From the IMG/VR virus record IMGVR_UViG_3300029581_000002: a stretch of 64,000 bases of DNA; one strand, 5' to 3'. This document shows, piece by piece, positions 28,891-38,262 of this stretch. The position numbers and the translations under genes were made by a program. This DNA comes from a virus (taxonomy: Duplodnaviria > Heunggongvirae > Uroviricota > Caudoviricetes). The first letter of the stretch is position 1; each line of letters begins with the position of its first letter. The notes below the pieces were generated by a model that worked only from the letters and a program-made list of their open reading frames with translations, ran no database searches and had not been told where the DNA came from.

Positions 28891-28985
28891 GAATGTTTAT
28901 ATCCGCTCACAATTAACAGTTCTCAAAGAGTAGTGTTGTTAGTGACTTCATGATAAATTCTATTTTAAACTGAAATAATTAGTAG

Positions 28986-29057
28986 TTGGGCTACCAGGAT
29001 TCGAACCTGGGCTACAAGAGCCAAAACCTTGTGTGACTACCACTACACCATAGCCCA
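28986..29057 (-). tRNA. tRNA-Gln(TTG)
   Basis: U1-A72 acceptor TGGGCTA/TAGCCCA as in bacterial tRNA-Gln, anticodon stem CAAGG/TCTTG with loop TTTTGGC, T arm CCAGG TTCGAAT CCTGG. Confidence 0.65.
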
Positions 29058-29078
29058 GTAAAAGGAGTCCGAAGACTC

Positions 29079-30146
29079 CTAAACTAACTTATCGAATATC
29101 ATGGGCTGTATCGACATCCATAAATTTGCTAGCATTTCTCGCTCTGCGTCAGATGCTTCATCCCAATGTGATACGTACAATTTCTCCGTTCGTTCATTCC
29201 TATAAGGAACCTTAAATGAACGGTTAATGCGTACACTGTGTGCGAATAGGTCTTTGTCGAAATCAATAGCCCTAAGCGTCTTCTGGAAATCGTTGAACTT
29301 ATTATTAGGGTCATCGACATCCCTAACAGACATTCCAGAAGGAAACGGGCCGTTACCATGCCTTGTTATATAAGGACGAGTTACATAACAAGTTTGGATT
29401 TCTTTACGTATACCTGCTTTCCGCAACAGCTCGTAAGCGTTTTGTGAAGTTGTATTAGACGGAGTACAATAAGGCATTATGCCGAATCTTTGGTCAAGCA
29501 ATATTCCCTGTGAACCTTCAAACACTAGGTTATCATAATTCAACAAGCAATCTTCATTAACCGTACCTGTATGTAAGAAATAAGCATGTGCTAACCTACA
29601 CCAGTTGTCTAGGTCTATCGAAGGATATTTACTAGACATGTTGTAATAGTTATCCACTATGGCATTTAGTTTCTCACGCAGTATGTAAGGATTCATACAA
29701 TCTACAACTGTTAAGCTGTATCCTGCCTTAACCCGGTCCAAACAAGCTTTAAACCCTGTACCTACAGTACCATGTCGTAAGTTCTCTTCGTTATTAACTT
29801 GGGAATAGACATCGAAGGGAATTACAACTTGGCAGTGAGGGTGATACTGAACAATGGGATGAACTCCCATTTTAGCTAAGTCTGCACCCTCCAACATAGA
29901 GGTAATTGGGTCTACAGTACAGTATTCGGACCAGTACGTCGGCACTCCAAGTAAGGTTCCGCTGCCAAAGTTACTAAAGGTGTGCATCATGTCTCCATGC
30001 TTTACAGTATGTCCTACTTGATGTCCACCACTAAACCTGACTACTAACACAGACTCTCGCTTACCTATGTACTTGTTACATAAGTTGTGAACTGTCTGTC
30101 CCTTACCTTCGTCTCCAAAGAATGTTCCTAATACAATACTAATCAT
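29079..30146 (-). CDS. adenylosuccinate synthetase family protein (PurA/PurZ-like, short form)
   Basis: VLGTFFGDEGKGQ (PurA P-loop GDEGKGK), FSGGHQVGHT (YQGGHNAGHT) and FEGSQGILLD...MPYCTPSNTT (FEGAQGTLLD...YPYVTSSNTT). At 355 aa it is about 75 aa shorter than cellular PurA, as phage PurZ enzymes are. Confidence 0.65.
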   Translation of the reverse strand: MISIVLGTFFGDEGKGQTVHNLCNKYIGKRESVLVVRFSGGHQVGHTVKHGDMMHTFSNFGSGTLLGVPTYWSEYCTVDPITSMLEGADLAKMGVHPIVQYHPHCQVVIPFDVYSQVNNEENLRHGTVGTGFKACLDRVKAGYSLTVVDCMNPYILREKLNAIVDNYYNMSSKYPSIDLDNWCRLAHAYFLHTGTVNEDCLLNYDNLVFEGSQGILLDQRFGIMPYCTPSNTTSQNAYELLRKAGIRKEIQTCYVTRPYITRHGNGPFPSGMSVRDVDDPNNKFNDFQKTLRAIDFDKDLFAHSVRINRSFKVPYRNERTEKLYVSHWDEASDAEREMLANLWMSIQPMIFDKLV

Positions 30147-30152
30147 TTCAGT

Positions 30153-31085
30153 TTAATAAAATTTGTCATTACTATCAGACGGCACATCTTGCCATTCCTG
30201 ACTAACAGAAGCACTAGGAGCTAAGCCTTCAACAGGCTCCTCATAGTTCTCTTTAATTGCGGTGACAATCACCTTGTCTACTTCTCCAGATGTACATGTC
30301 AATACATTCTGTCCAAGTAAAGTCTTCCAAGATTCAGCAACCCTTGAGCCATGACTGGCATTAGTAATGTGAATGTGGAATACATGGTACTGTTCCTTTG
30401 CTTTGTCAAGAGCTTCTTGACAAGTAATGGTTTTAGCACCTTTTTGATACCCTAGAACACGTTCTAAGTAACATCCCTCTACCTTATCGAGATTTGGTTC
30501 ATCTCCAATAGTAAATAAGAATCCCTTAGTGTGTCTTTCAAACCAGGAATCAGTTTCAGTATGATAACCCGCTACGATGTGAGATAGTAGATAGCTTTCA
30601 CCTCTATTACCTCCTCCTCCACCTTCAATCACGAATGACTGTAAAGTGTCAAGGATTTTAGCTGTATCAGACTCAAACTGACCAATTTGAATTGGATATC
30701 GGTCATAAACGTGGTCCCCAACTGCCATAAACATGATTTGTGAGTCACGCATACCTAGTTGAATGAGAGAGTCCATAATCTTAGGGAATTGGTCTCTAAT
30801 CATTTCATAAGGTGTGTCCATCATTGAACCAGTAACGTCTAGCGCAATGATTATCGGAGTAGAGAAAGGGTGTTCTTTAGAATCACGAGATTCACGAACA
30901 CCCACGTTAACCATTTCTTGCCTTATCTGCGTGTTATACTGCCTAACATTGTTGTTAAGCGATGCAGCAGTATTACATGCATTAATGGCATGGCTCTTAA
31001 AGAGTTCATCCCTAGTGGAGGTATATAAACCCCTACTGCCGGCCTCTACATCATAAGCAATTCTAGAATAACTACCTGCTCCCAT
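30153..31085 (-). CDS. von Willebrand factor type A (vWA) domain protein
   Basis: IIALDVTGSM is a MIDAS DxSxS motif. It lies 7 nt upstream of the PurA-like gene. Confidence 0.55.
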   Translation of the reverse strand: MGAGSYSRIAYDVEAGSRGLYTSTRDELFKSHAINACNTAASLNNNVRQYNTQIRQEMVNVGVRESRDSKEHPFSTPIIIALDVTGSMMDTPYEMIRDQFPKIMDSLIQLGMRDSQIMFMAVGDHVYDRYPIQIGQFESDTAKILDTLQSFVIEGGGGGNRGESYLLSHIVAGYHTETDSWFERHTKGFLFTIGDEPNLDKVEGCYLERVLGYQKGAKTITCQEALDKAKEQYHVFHIHITNASHGSRVAESWKTLLGQNVLTCTSGEVDKVIVTAIKENYEEPVEGLAPSASVSQEWQDVPSDSNDKFY

Positions 31086-31088
31086 AAA

Positions 31089-31469
31089 TTATTCATTTAC
31101 AGTTGCAGCAGCGTCATCTTTCACGTCATCCAAATTAATGGATTCTGATGCATCAGCGGGAAATTCTTCTGCATCGACTTGCATAGCTAGAGCAAGTTCA
31201 ATCTTTGCAACACGCAGTTTACGTGCCAATTCATGTCTTGTTCTTACCCATTCAGCCGGATTCAGTCCTTCTCCCGGATTCAAAGAGTCTCTTGATTTAA
31301 CAGCCAGGTCGTTGTGTTTGTTGATTTCTCCCTGAATGCGGAGTACTTTCAATTTACAATCCTGAACAAATCTGTCTTCCTCGATTTTAGCCAATTCATA
31401 CAGATTCTGCGCTCTTGCATCAAGTACACTTTGTCCACTCTTACTTAATTTCTCTTTAAAACTGCTCAT
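31089..31469 (-). CDS. hypothetical coiled-coil protein
   Basis: 126-aa ORF. Confidence 0.4.
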   Translation of the reverse strand: MSSFKEKLSKSGQSVLDARAQNLYELAKIEEDRFVQDCKLKVLRIQGEINKHNDLAVKSRDSLNPGEGLNPAEWVRTRHELARKLRVAKIELALAMQVDAEEFPADASESINLDDVKDDAAATVNE

Positions 31470-31556
31470 TTACACTTACATTTAACATGTTAAATTCAAT
31501 AAGCATCTCTGTGTGGTAATTTATAATCTAACTGTAATCATCTAGGATTACAATCG

Positions 31557-31639
31557 AGCCGACTGTCAGATTCGAACTGACGTGGAGTTTCCTCTCGTGA
31601 TTACAAGTCACGTGCAATCAACCACTATGCGAAGTCGGC
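31557..31639 (-). tRNA. tRNA with anticodon TGT (Thr-type anticodon) and extended variable arm
   Basis: Acceptor GCCGACT/AGTCGGC, anticodon stem CGTGA/TCACG with loop CTTGTAA, T arm GTCAG TTCGAAT CTGAC, about 14-nt variable region. Isotype is uncertain. Confidence 0.5.
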
Positions 31640-31697
31640 ATAAACAGGAGACGATGTTACTAAGTGTGCTGACATCTCCTTTGTAAATCAAAGAAAG

Positions 31698-31770
31698 CGG
31701 TGCATACGGGATTCAAACCCGTGGTCTCCTCATAGACAGTGAGGCATCCTAATCACTGAACGAATGCACC
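31698..31770 (-). tRNA. tRNA-Asp(GTC)
   Basis: GGTGCAT.., anticodon stem CCTCA/TGAGG with loop CTGTCTA, T arm ACGGG TTTGAAT CCCGT. Confidence 0.7.
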
Positions 31771-32075
31771 ATGAAGCTTGCTTAACCTACCCTCAAAACC
31801 TATGCTTGGACTGGCAATCAGTTATTCAGATATTGTCCCTTCCCGCTAGCTGAGTCATTCTCTTACTGTAATCGTGTGTCCAACTCACAATCACTATTCA
31901 GATGTGCCAAATGGGACATGGCAATTCATAAAAAGTGGGTGCTAGCCGTTTCTATCCCACCATTGCGTACTACAGCGCTAGCTACCGTCTAAGCTCCTAT
32001 CCCTTACGTCGCCTTAGAGTGTACATGATTATTATTGCCTAACCAGTTACCTGATTGGAAGGATTATGTACGAGG

Positions 32076-32148
32076 TACAGCTAACGGGACTCGAACCCGT
32101 ATTTTATGCTTGAGAGGCATATTACCTAACCAGTTAGTAGATAGCTGC
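32076..32148 (-). tRNA. tRNA-Glu(CTC)
   Basis: Acceptor GCAGCTA/TAGCTGT, anticodon stem TATGC/GCATA with loop CTCTCAA, T arm ACGGG TTCGAGT CCCGT. Confidence 0.6.
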
Positions 32149-32431
32149 GTGTTAAATAGTCGTGAGTAGTTAATTGCAACTATGACAAAATTAAGATTAA
32201 AGCCAAAGACCAGCCTATTGCTATCTAGGGCAAAGTCAAAGGAATTTTGTAACTTCGCAATAGACTGACAGGGTTTGAATTAATAATACTTAATTATGCT
32301 GGAAATCGTCCCTGTATGGAATACAGAACACGATTAATTTGTCGACAATGCATCGACTAGAGTCTTTGATGCAATTCATACTACTCACGCAAAGCTATGT
32401 TAGAATCCAATGAGATTCAAGACTATAGCAC

Positions 32432-33325
32432 CTATTTATCTGGATTGGAAATCTTAGTTAGTAACTCATAAGTTGCTTGTAACTCATTAGGAATTACTAT
32501 CTTAAGTTCCAATAGTTTCTTACGTTCTTCAACTTTCCAAGTTTCACATTGTTGAGACAGGGTTTTGGCATCCAAATTGAATCTATCAACAGCTTGTTTG
32601 TAAGCCTGATTGACTTCATATTCAGAATCCTTTACCATTTTATCAATCTTGAACTTAATCTTATTAAGTCTAGCTGATATGTCTCTGTGTTTCTGCTGTA
32701 ATGCAAAGAATGTATTCTCTACCTTATCGCTACTAACAGACGGGTCATACGAGTACACGATTGTGTCAGTGCCAGAACCTTCAACCTTAGTAGGATTAGT
32801 ATAGGCATCCATTAAAGCTCTACGGGCGTTTGCAAACGGACGCATTGGATGAATATACTTACCAATAGCAGATGCTTCTGCTTCTAGTCTGTAATATTCC
32901 ATACGTTCTGCAATGCTCAATGAAGCAATTGCTTCCTCTTCGGTAAGGATATGACCCTTAATCGGGGTGTCCAACTTGAATCCAGCTACATCCGTAGCAT
33001 ATACATCCCAAGTGTACCTGTTAATAATTTCAAGTTCTTCTTCTCTAGCCTTAATAGCTTCACGAATCCATGCGCAGAAGGCATTCATATTAGCAACTTC
33101 TTGAAGTAATGTAGGTACATTATCAAGATATGCCTCATTTCTACCTGTCTTTACAGTCCTGGAGTTACCTTCACTTAACAAGCTAATATTGACATTCACA
33201 AACCCTACAGAATCTAAAGCTTGTCTATTAGATTCCACTGTCTCCTTAGCTATATTAGCCAGGTGATTGGCAGAAGTTTGGGTTAATCCCTTCTCGCCAA
33301 AGAATACTTTGTTACATTCTTTCAT
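32432..33325 (-). CDS. hypothetical protein
   Basis: 297-aa ORF. Confidence 0.45.
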   Translation of the reverse strand: MKECNKVFFGEKGLTQTSANHLANIAKETVESNRQALDSVGFVNVNISLLSEGNSRTVKTGRNEAYLDNVPTLLQEVANMNAFCAWIREAIKAREEELEIINRYTWDVYATDVAGFKLDTPIKGHILTEEEAIASLSIAERMEYYRLEAEASAIGKYIHPMRPFANARRALMDAYTNPTKVEGSGTDTIVYSYDPSVSSDKVENTFFALQQKHRDISARLNKIKFKIDKMVKDSEYEVNQAYKQAVDRFNLDAKTLSQQCETWKVEERKKLLELKIVIPNELQATYELLTKISNPDK

Positions 33326-33354
33326 AAGCTGTAATTATTAATTCATTACTAATG

Positions 33355-33427
33355 CACTGGATAGGGGATTCGAACCCCTGTTTACGCATCGAAAGTGCGT
33401 CGACCTAAACCACTAGTCGAATCCAGT
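33355..33427 (-). tRNA. tRNA-Glu(TTC)
   Basis: Acceptor ACTGGAT/ATCCAGT, D arm GACT..GGTC, anticodon stem ACGCA/TGCGT with loop CTTTCGA, T arm AGGGG TTCGAAT CCCCT. Confidence 0.65.
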
Positions 33428-33435
33428 ATACCTTA

Positions 33436-33723
33436 TTAAGCTTTCCAGAATACAAACTTATTGCCTTCTGGACATCTTACATACTTCACATCAAAACCAT
33501 TCTCTCGATATAGAGGTTCTACATCTAACCAATGGTTCTTAATTACTTCTTCTTCGGTTAAACCTTCAGATGCTACATAGGCTATTACATCTGATTGCTT
33601 AAATTCAGAAGCTTTACCACTCCAGTTCTTAACTATTAAAGTATTAAAAGCTAAGATAACTGCATCAGGAATAGATTTTAAATCTATACTCCTCAATTCT
33701 CTTGAATTTAATACCTTCACCAT
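33436..33723 (-). CDS. hypothetical protein
   Basis: 95-aa ORF. Confidence 0.35.
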   Translation of the reverse strand: MVKVLNSRELRSIDLKSIPDAVILAFNTLIVKNWSGKASEFKQSDVIAYVASEGLTEEEVIKNHWLDVEPLYRENGFDVKYVRCPEGNKFVFWKA

Positions 33724-33775
33724 AATTCTAATAATTAGGTTAATAATGATTTTCGCAAACTCTTATTAGCCAGCG

Positions 33776-33863
33776 CGGAGAGTGCTGGATTCGAACCAGC
33801 GGAACCCTTTTGAGGTTCGGTCCCTTAGCAGGGGACTGGTTTAAGCCACTCACCCAACTCTCC
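33776..33863 (-). tRNA. tRNA-Ser(GCT)
   Basis: Type II: acceptor GGAGAGT, anticodon stem GTCCC/GGGAC with loop CTGCTAA, long variable arm, T arm GCTGG TTCGAAT CCAGC. Confidence 0.7.
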
Positions 33864-33869
33864 AATCCA

Positions 33870-33931
33870 CAGAAGACTTATTTATGCTATATCAATCGCT
33901 TATGATTACCTCAATGCTGTAAGTCTTCTTA
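33870..33931 (-). promoter_or_regulatory. family-1 hairpin (CAGAAGNNN ... NNNCTTCTTA) immediately 5' of tRNA-Ser(GCT)
   Basis: Inverted repeat agaagactta/taagtcttct. The same architecture recurs 5' of four other tRNAs. Confidence 0.5.
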
Positions 33932-33950
33932 GAAATTCACTGTAAAAGGA

Positions 33951-35912
33951 TTACTTTACAGGAGGAAAATTATCACCTTTAGCTGGTGATTCTTCTGGCT
34001 TCTTGCCAGTGATTATTTGCTTAAGCGAATCTGCAATGGGCAAATTGCGAGCAATTTCCAAGCTTGGAGCAAGATTCTTAGCCATATTAGCCATGAACTG
34101 CCCAGCAGTATTGGAATCACCATACACAGTAACATTACCAAGCTGGATATGTTCAAACACCTTAGCGTTGGCTTCAGCAACTTCTTTCCACCTGTCGGTC
34201 ATTGCATATTGAACGATTGCTTCAGGATGCATACCTGATTTAATCATATGTTCAACTGCAAGAGCCGGAGCCATTTCCATTGCCTGTTTCTGTTCAGCTT
34301 CTGCCATTAAAGATGCTTTCTTACCTTCAGCTTCAGCAAGAAGTTTCTTCTTGGTACCTTCAGCTTCTGCTTCCAGTTGCATCTTAGTAGCATTTGCTTT
34401 AGCTTCTGCTGCTTTCAAGATTTTAGCTGCTTCCGCTTCTGCTTCAAGAATGGCTACACTCTTAACAGCTTCTGCTTCAATTTTAGCTTTCTCTTTGGCT
34501 TTCTCGGCAGGTATAATTACTTCAGCTTTAAGCTTAGCTTCTTCAGCTTTAGCTTTAGCTTCGTTAACTTCCACCTGACGTTCTTGCTCTGTTTTAGCAA
34601 CTGCCATTTGAGCTTCAACTTTAGAAGTACCAGCTACTCTTTCTGCTTCAGCTTTAGCTTTCTCTGCTTCTCCCTTAGCTTTGGAAACTTCAATAGTAGC
34701 TTTCTGTTCAGCTACTCCTGCTGCTTTCTCTGCTTCAGCTGCCTTTTGACGGGCTTCTGATTCATACTGTGCAGTTTTAGCTTCCTTTTCCTGCTGTGCT
34801 TTAACAGTTTCAGCTTCTTGGTTTTGTGCTGCTACTGCCATACGAACTTCCTTCTCTGCTTCTGCTTCTGCCTTAGCGGCTTCAGCTTTGGCAGTAAATT
34901 CTGCTTCTTTAGCAGTTGCATAAGCTTGCTGCTCTGCAATCTTAGCAGCTCTTAATGCTTCTTGCTCGGCAACTTTGGATGCTTCTTCAGTTTGGGCTGT
35001 AGCCACACCAATTTCACGTTCCTTTCTTTGCTCTGCAACAGCAATTTGCTGCTCCTTATGCTGCTCGGCCAATTGAGTTTCTTTCTCTTTAGTGGTCTTA
35101 GCAATAGCAACTTCTTTCTCCCTGTTAGTTTCAGCCACTATAGTTTCTTGCTCCTTAGTAGCTGCTGCAATTGCAATCTCCTTCTCTCTCGTAGTTTGAG
35201 CTATCTGGATTGCTCCTTTCTTCTCTTCTTCTGCGATATCAGCTTGTGATTGCGCTCTTGCTTTAGTCTCTTCTTTCTTACCAAGATTATCAATATATTG
35301 AGCAGCATCTTGAATGTCACTGATATTGATATTCATCAGATAAAGACCAAGTTTGTTCAATTCTGTATTGATATTGTCTCTAGCTTGAGCTAGGAACTTG
35401 TCTCTGTCAGAGTTAAGCTCTTCAATAGTCATCGAAGCAATAACAAGCCTCATCTGACCATAAACAATATCTGAAATCAAACTTTCTTTAACGTCATCAT
35501 CAGCACCTAGTAAGCGATTAGCAGCATTCTGCATAATCAGCGGTTCTTGGCTAATAGCAACAGTTACAGTGGTAGGGATAGTTACACGAATATTTTGAGC
35601 TGACAAAGCATTCTTCAATACAAGATTCAATTGAATCGGCTGCATTGACATTACTTCATAACCCTGTATAATCGGCCATACAAAAGCTGCACCACCATGA
35701 TAAACTTTGGCAGTTTTAATTTCAACTTCTCTGTCAACCAGATTACCTTTAGCGTCGCGTTCGCTAACTTTCTCTTTGTGAGAGCCTGTTTTACCATAAA
35801 CTACCAACAATTCGTCAGATTTACATTTACGGTAGCGGGATAGAATCCCAATGATAGTGATGATTGCAACTAGTACAACTACACCAACGATAATTAATGA
35901 TGTCATTTCCAT
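33951..35912 (-). CDS. flotillin/SPFH (band-7) family membrane protein
   Basis: N-terminal TM helix, an SPFH-like domain, then about 300 aa of A/E/K-rich coiled coil (EAEAEK repeats) as in YqiK/FloT. Confidence 0.6.
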   Translation of the reverse strand: MEMTSLIIVGVVVLVAIITIIGILSRYRKCKSDELLVVYGKTGSHKEKVSERDAKGNLVDREVEIKTAKVYHGGAAFVWPIIQGYEVMSMQPIQLNLVLKNALSAQNIRVTIPTTVTVAISQEPLIMQNAANRLLGADDDVKESLISDIVYGQMRLVIASMTIEELNSDRDKFLAQARDNINTELNKLGLYLMNINISDIQDAAQYIDNLGKKEETKARAQSQADIAEEEKKGAIQIAQTTREKEIAIAAATKEQETIVAETNREKEVAIAKTTKEKETQLAEQHKEQQIAVAEQRKEREIGVATAQTEEASKVAEQEALRAAKIAEQQAYATAKEAEFTAKAEAAKAEAEAEKEVRMAVAAQNQEAETVKAQQEKEAKTAQYESEARQKAAEAEKAAGVAEQKATIEVSKAKGEAEKAKAEAERVAGTSKVEAQMAVAKTEQERQVEVNEAKAKAEEAKLKAEVIIPAEKAKEKAKIEAEAVKSVAILEAEAEAAKILKAAEAKANATKMQLEAEAEGTKKKLLAEAEGKKASLMAEAEQKQAMEMAPALAVEHMIKSGMHPEAIVQYAMTDRWKEVAEANAKVFEHIQLGNVTVYGDSNTAGQFMANMAKNLAPSLEIARNLPIADSLKQIITGKKPEESPAKGDNFPPVK

Positions 35913-35925
35913 CTTGAAATTGGTA

Positions 35926-36447
35926 TTAATCTATGTATAATTTATTGTCTTCGTATTTACGAATCGTTACTGGCTCATTGACAGGATATATCTTCTTATT
36001 AAGAGATACAACTTCTACTTCTCTCAATGCTCCACTTATGTTCACGGATGCCAAATGGCGCCCTTCACCTAAATGTACATAGATAGTAGCAGTTCTGCCA
36101 ACTAAGTTAGTCTTCGGTTCGTCTTTAGGAAGGTTCTGCAATTTCATACAGAACTTATATAAATGATACAGCATAAATACAAATACAAGACCTATAAAGA
36201 ATCCTATTAACCAATCAATCCAGGTTACTTCATAACCTAATAATTGCTTAATAGATGTCCATCCTCCGAATCCCATGAAGAAATGGATAAATCCTTTAAA
36301 GGATACAACATCACTGACATCAAAATCAGCATCACCATCAAAGTCTACATCGACATCGAACTCCCCAGCAACCCATGATATTATGAATTGTAGGATAAAT
36401 ATACCATAGGCGATGCCTCCTAAGATATAATACAAGTTATTGTCCAT
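35926..36447 (-). CDS. NfeD-like membrane protein (partner of SPFH/flotillin)
   Basis: Multi-TM N-terminal region plus a C-terminal soluble beta-rich domain (..RTATIYVHLGEGRHLASVNISG..VVSL). It sits immediately upstream of the flotillin gene, as in yqiJ-yqiK. Confidence 0.5.
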   Translation of the reverse strand: MDNNLYYILGGIAYGIFILQFIISWVAGEFDVDVDFDGDADFDVSDVVSFKGFIHFFMGFGGWTSIKQLLGYEVTWIDWLIGFFIGLVFVFMLYHLYKFCMKLQNLPKDEPKTNLVGRTATIYVHLGEGRHLASVNISGALREVEVVSLNKKIYPVNEPVTIRKYEDNKLYID

Positions 36448-36476
36448 CTTACTAATAATTATTTAATCTATTAAAG

Positions 36477-36551
36477 TGGGGCGAAATGGAGTCGAACCAT
36501 TATCTCTGGATTTTCAGTCCAGCGCGAACTGACCACCTGCGCTACCGCCCC
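36477..36551 (-). tRNA. tRNA-Phe(GAA)
   Basis: Acceptor GGGGCGG/TCGCCCC, anticodon stem CTGGA/TCCAG with loop CTGAAAA, T arm AATGG TTCGACT CCATT. The D arm is slightly atypical. Confidence 0.6.
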
Positions 36552-36851
36552 ATACTGCCTACACATACGTCTTCACTGGATTTTATGCTTTATTACGCCA
36601 GTTGCTTTGGACAGTCTAAATCCTTCGGTGCTGTACAGCTATACATATATTAACGAGGCCTCAACATTAATTAAGCTGCCATCGCACCTACTCCCATTAC
36701 TTCGTCACGCAACGTACCCTACATTCCACTTTAGGATTTTCACCTAACCACATCCTCGGCATTCCGTTTCAAGATAAAATATAACTCTGCTGAATAAGTC
36801 AAACCAAACAGGAAGATTTATGATACGTTTATACTTAAACAGCAGAATTGG

Positions 36852-36925
36852 GTGACATACGAGACTTGAACTCGTAACCCTTAGAACCACAACCTAATGC
36901 TCTGCCAATTGAGCTAATGCCACCA
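36852..36925 (-). tRNA. tRNA-His(GTG) with encoded G-1
   Basis: Acceptor GTGGCAT/ATGTCAC with an extra 5' G opposite discriminator C, D arm GCTC AATTGGCA GAGC, anticodon loop TTGTGGT. Confidence 0.7.
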
Positions 36926-36932
36926 TATTGAG

Positions 36933-37511
36933 TTATTGCAACTCTAATCCTTCTTTTAGTGCCCTAGTATATGCCATTCTAGCAAAGAATAGTTCAGCTA
37001 CAGCCATAACTACTGGCTCTGCTAACTCTTCGGCTTCTTCAGCTCTTTCTTCTTTGGGCTTAGATTCTACATATTCCAGTAATTCCAACACAGCTCTATT
37101 AGCTTCAACCAGACGACTATAAGCAGTGCGAACTTGTTTATAGTTCTTATATCGTTCTCGATATGGTCTTATTGCATTCCATGAATATGAAGCAGCCACT
37201 ATTATTGATATGGCACATAGTACCATAAATCCGAGGGGTTCTCCTTTAGACCATGCTGAATAGATTTGACACAATACAACACCCAAACATAGATTCTGTC
37301 CTATAAAGAGGGACAGTAAGAACCAATAAGCTGAAAATGCCTTCTTTGCTTCATCAAGTAATGATGCTGACTCTTTTAGCTTCTCTTGTTCAGCTTTTAA
37401 TGAGTCAATTGACACTTCCATAGCTTCTCCTTCGTCTGAATCTTTAAGGCGTTCATATTCCTCTTCACTAATCTTGGTTATTTTCAAATCTTCTAATTCT
37501 TCTCGATTCAT
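36933..37511 (-). CDS. hypothetical membrane protein
   Basis: 192 aa with an acidic N-terminus and two central TM helices. Confidence 0.4.
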   Translation of the reverse strand: MNREELEDLKITKISEEEYERLKDSDEGEAMEVSIDSLKAEQEKLKESASLLDEAKKAFSAYWFLLSLFIGQNLCLGVVLCQIYSAWSKGEPLGFMVLCAISIIVAASYSWNAIRPYRERYKNYKQVRTAYSRLVEANRAVLELLEYVESKPKEERAEEAEELAEPVVMAVAELFFARMAYTRALKEGLELQ

Positions 37512-37539
37512 TACCTTTCAATTTAAGTTCAACAATCTG

Positions 37540-37614
37540 TGGACCTGATGAGACTCGAACTCACGACCCTCTGCGTGCAAGGCAGATGCTCTAGCCAATC
37601 TGAGCTACAGGCCC
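37540..37614 (-). tRNA. tRNA-Ala(TGC)
   Basis: GGGCCTG.. with a G3:U70 identity pair, anticodon stem TCTGC/GCAGA with loop CTTGCAC, T arm GTGAG TTCGAGT CTCAT. Confidence 0.75.
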
Positions 37615-37801
37615 ATATTTAGCCACACTATCGTAGGGCTATCAGCTCCCAACGTCCGACTGATTACGGAAGGTTACCTACCGGTCTGATAACCTATAAA
37701 ATGCACAATTACTTAGTCATGCCCCAACTGTTCTTGTCAGTCTCCGACTCCAACCCATAGCATGTTATAGAACTCTACATGCATACCCTCCTCATTGTGC
37801 A

Positions 37802-38113
37802 CTATTTTAAACCTATCATTTCAGCAATTTCTTCAAATGAATAATTCAGAAATAGTCTATCCATATCTGCATCAGATTTAACCCATTTAGGTCTAGGATA
37901 TATAAGAGTAGGAGAATGTCCTCTCTCATGTAATCCATACACTACTTCCTTCTTACCTTTAATAAGACGAAGGTCAATATGCTCTGACATAGAAGAATAA
38001 AATCCTATATTAGAATCCTCTACATATGTAGAACCCTTCTTAGACATTACCTTGCGATAAGGTTTATACCCTTTACTAATTAAATACTCTATGAACCCAA
38101 TCATGTTAACCAC
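37802..38113 (-). CDS. hypothetical protein
   Basis: 103-aa ORF. Confidence 0.35.
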   Translation of the reverse strand: MVNMIGFIEYLISKGYKPYRKVMSKKGSTYVEDSNIGFYSSMSEHIDLRLIKGKKEVVYGLHERGHSPTLIYPRPKWVKSDADMDRLFLNYSFEEIAEMIGLK

Positions 38114-38119
38114 TATTAG

Positions 38120-38192
<73 letters not shown>

Positions 38193-38195
38193 ATC

Positions 38196-38248
38196 ATCAG
38201 AAGGCAAATTGAACTACATGACACAGTAAAAGTGCTGATGCCTTCTTA
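38196..38248 (-). promoter_or_regulatory. family-1 hairpin 5' of tRNA-Arg(TCT)
   Basis: atcatcagaaggca ... gtgctgatgccttcttat with stem AGAAGGCA/TGCCTTCT. Confidence 0.5.
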
Positions 38249-38262
38249 TATTACCCATTCAG

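Noticed and set aside
34351-35249. Plus-strand ORFs 34351-34578, 34377-34760 and 34962-35249
   Set aside because: These are low-complexity antisense frames inside the A/E-rich coiled-coil region of the flotillin gene. They are typical shadow ORFs.
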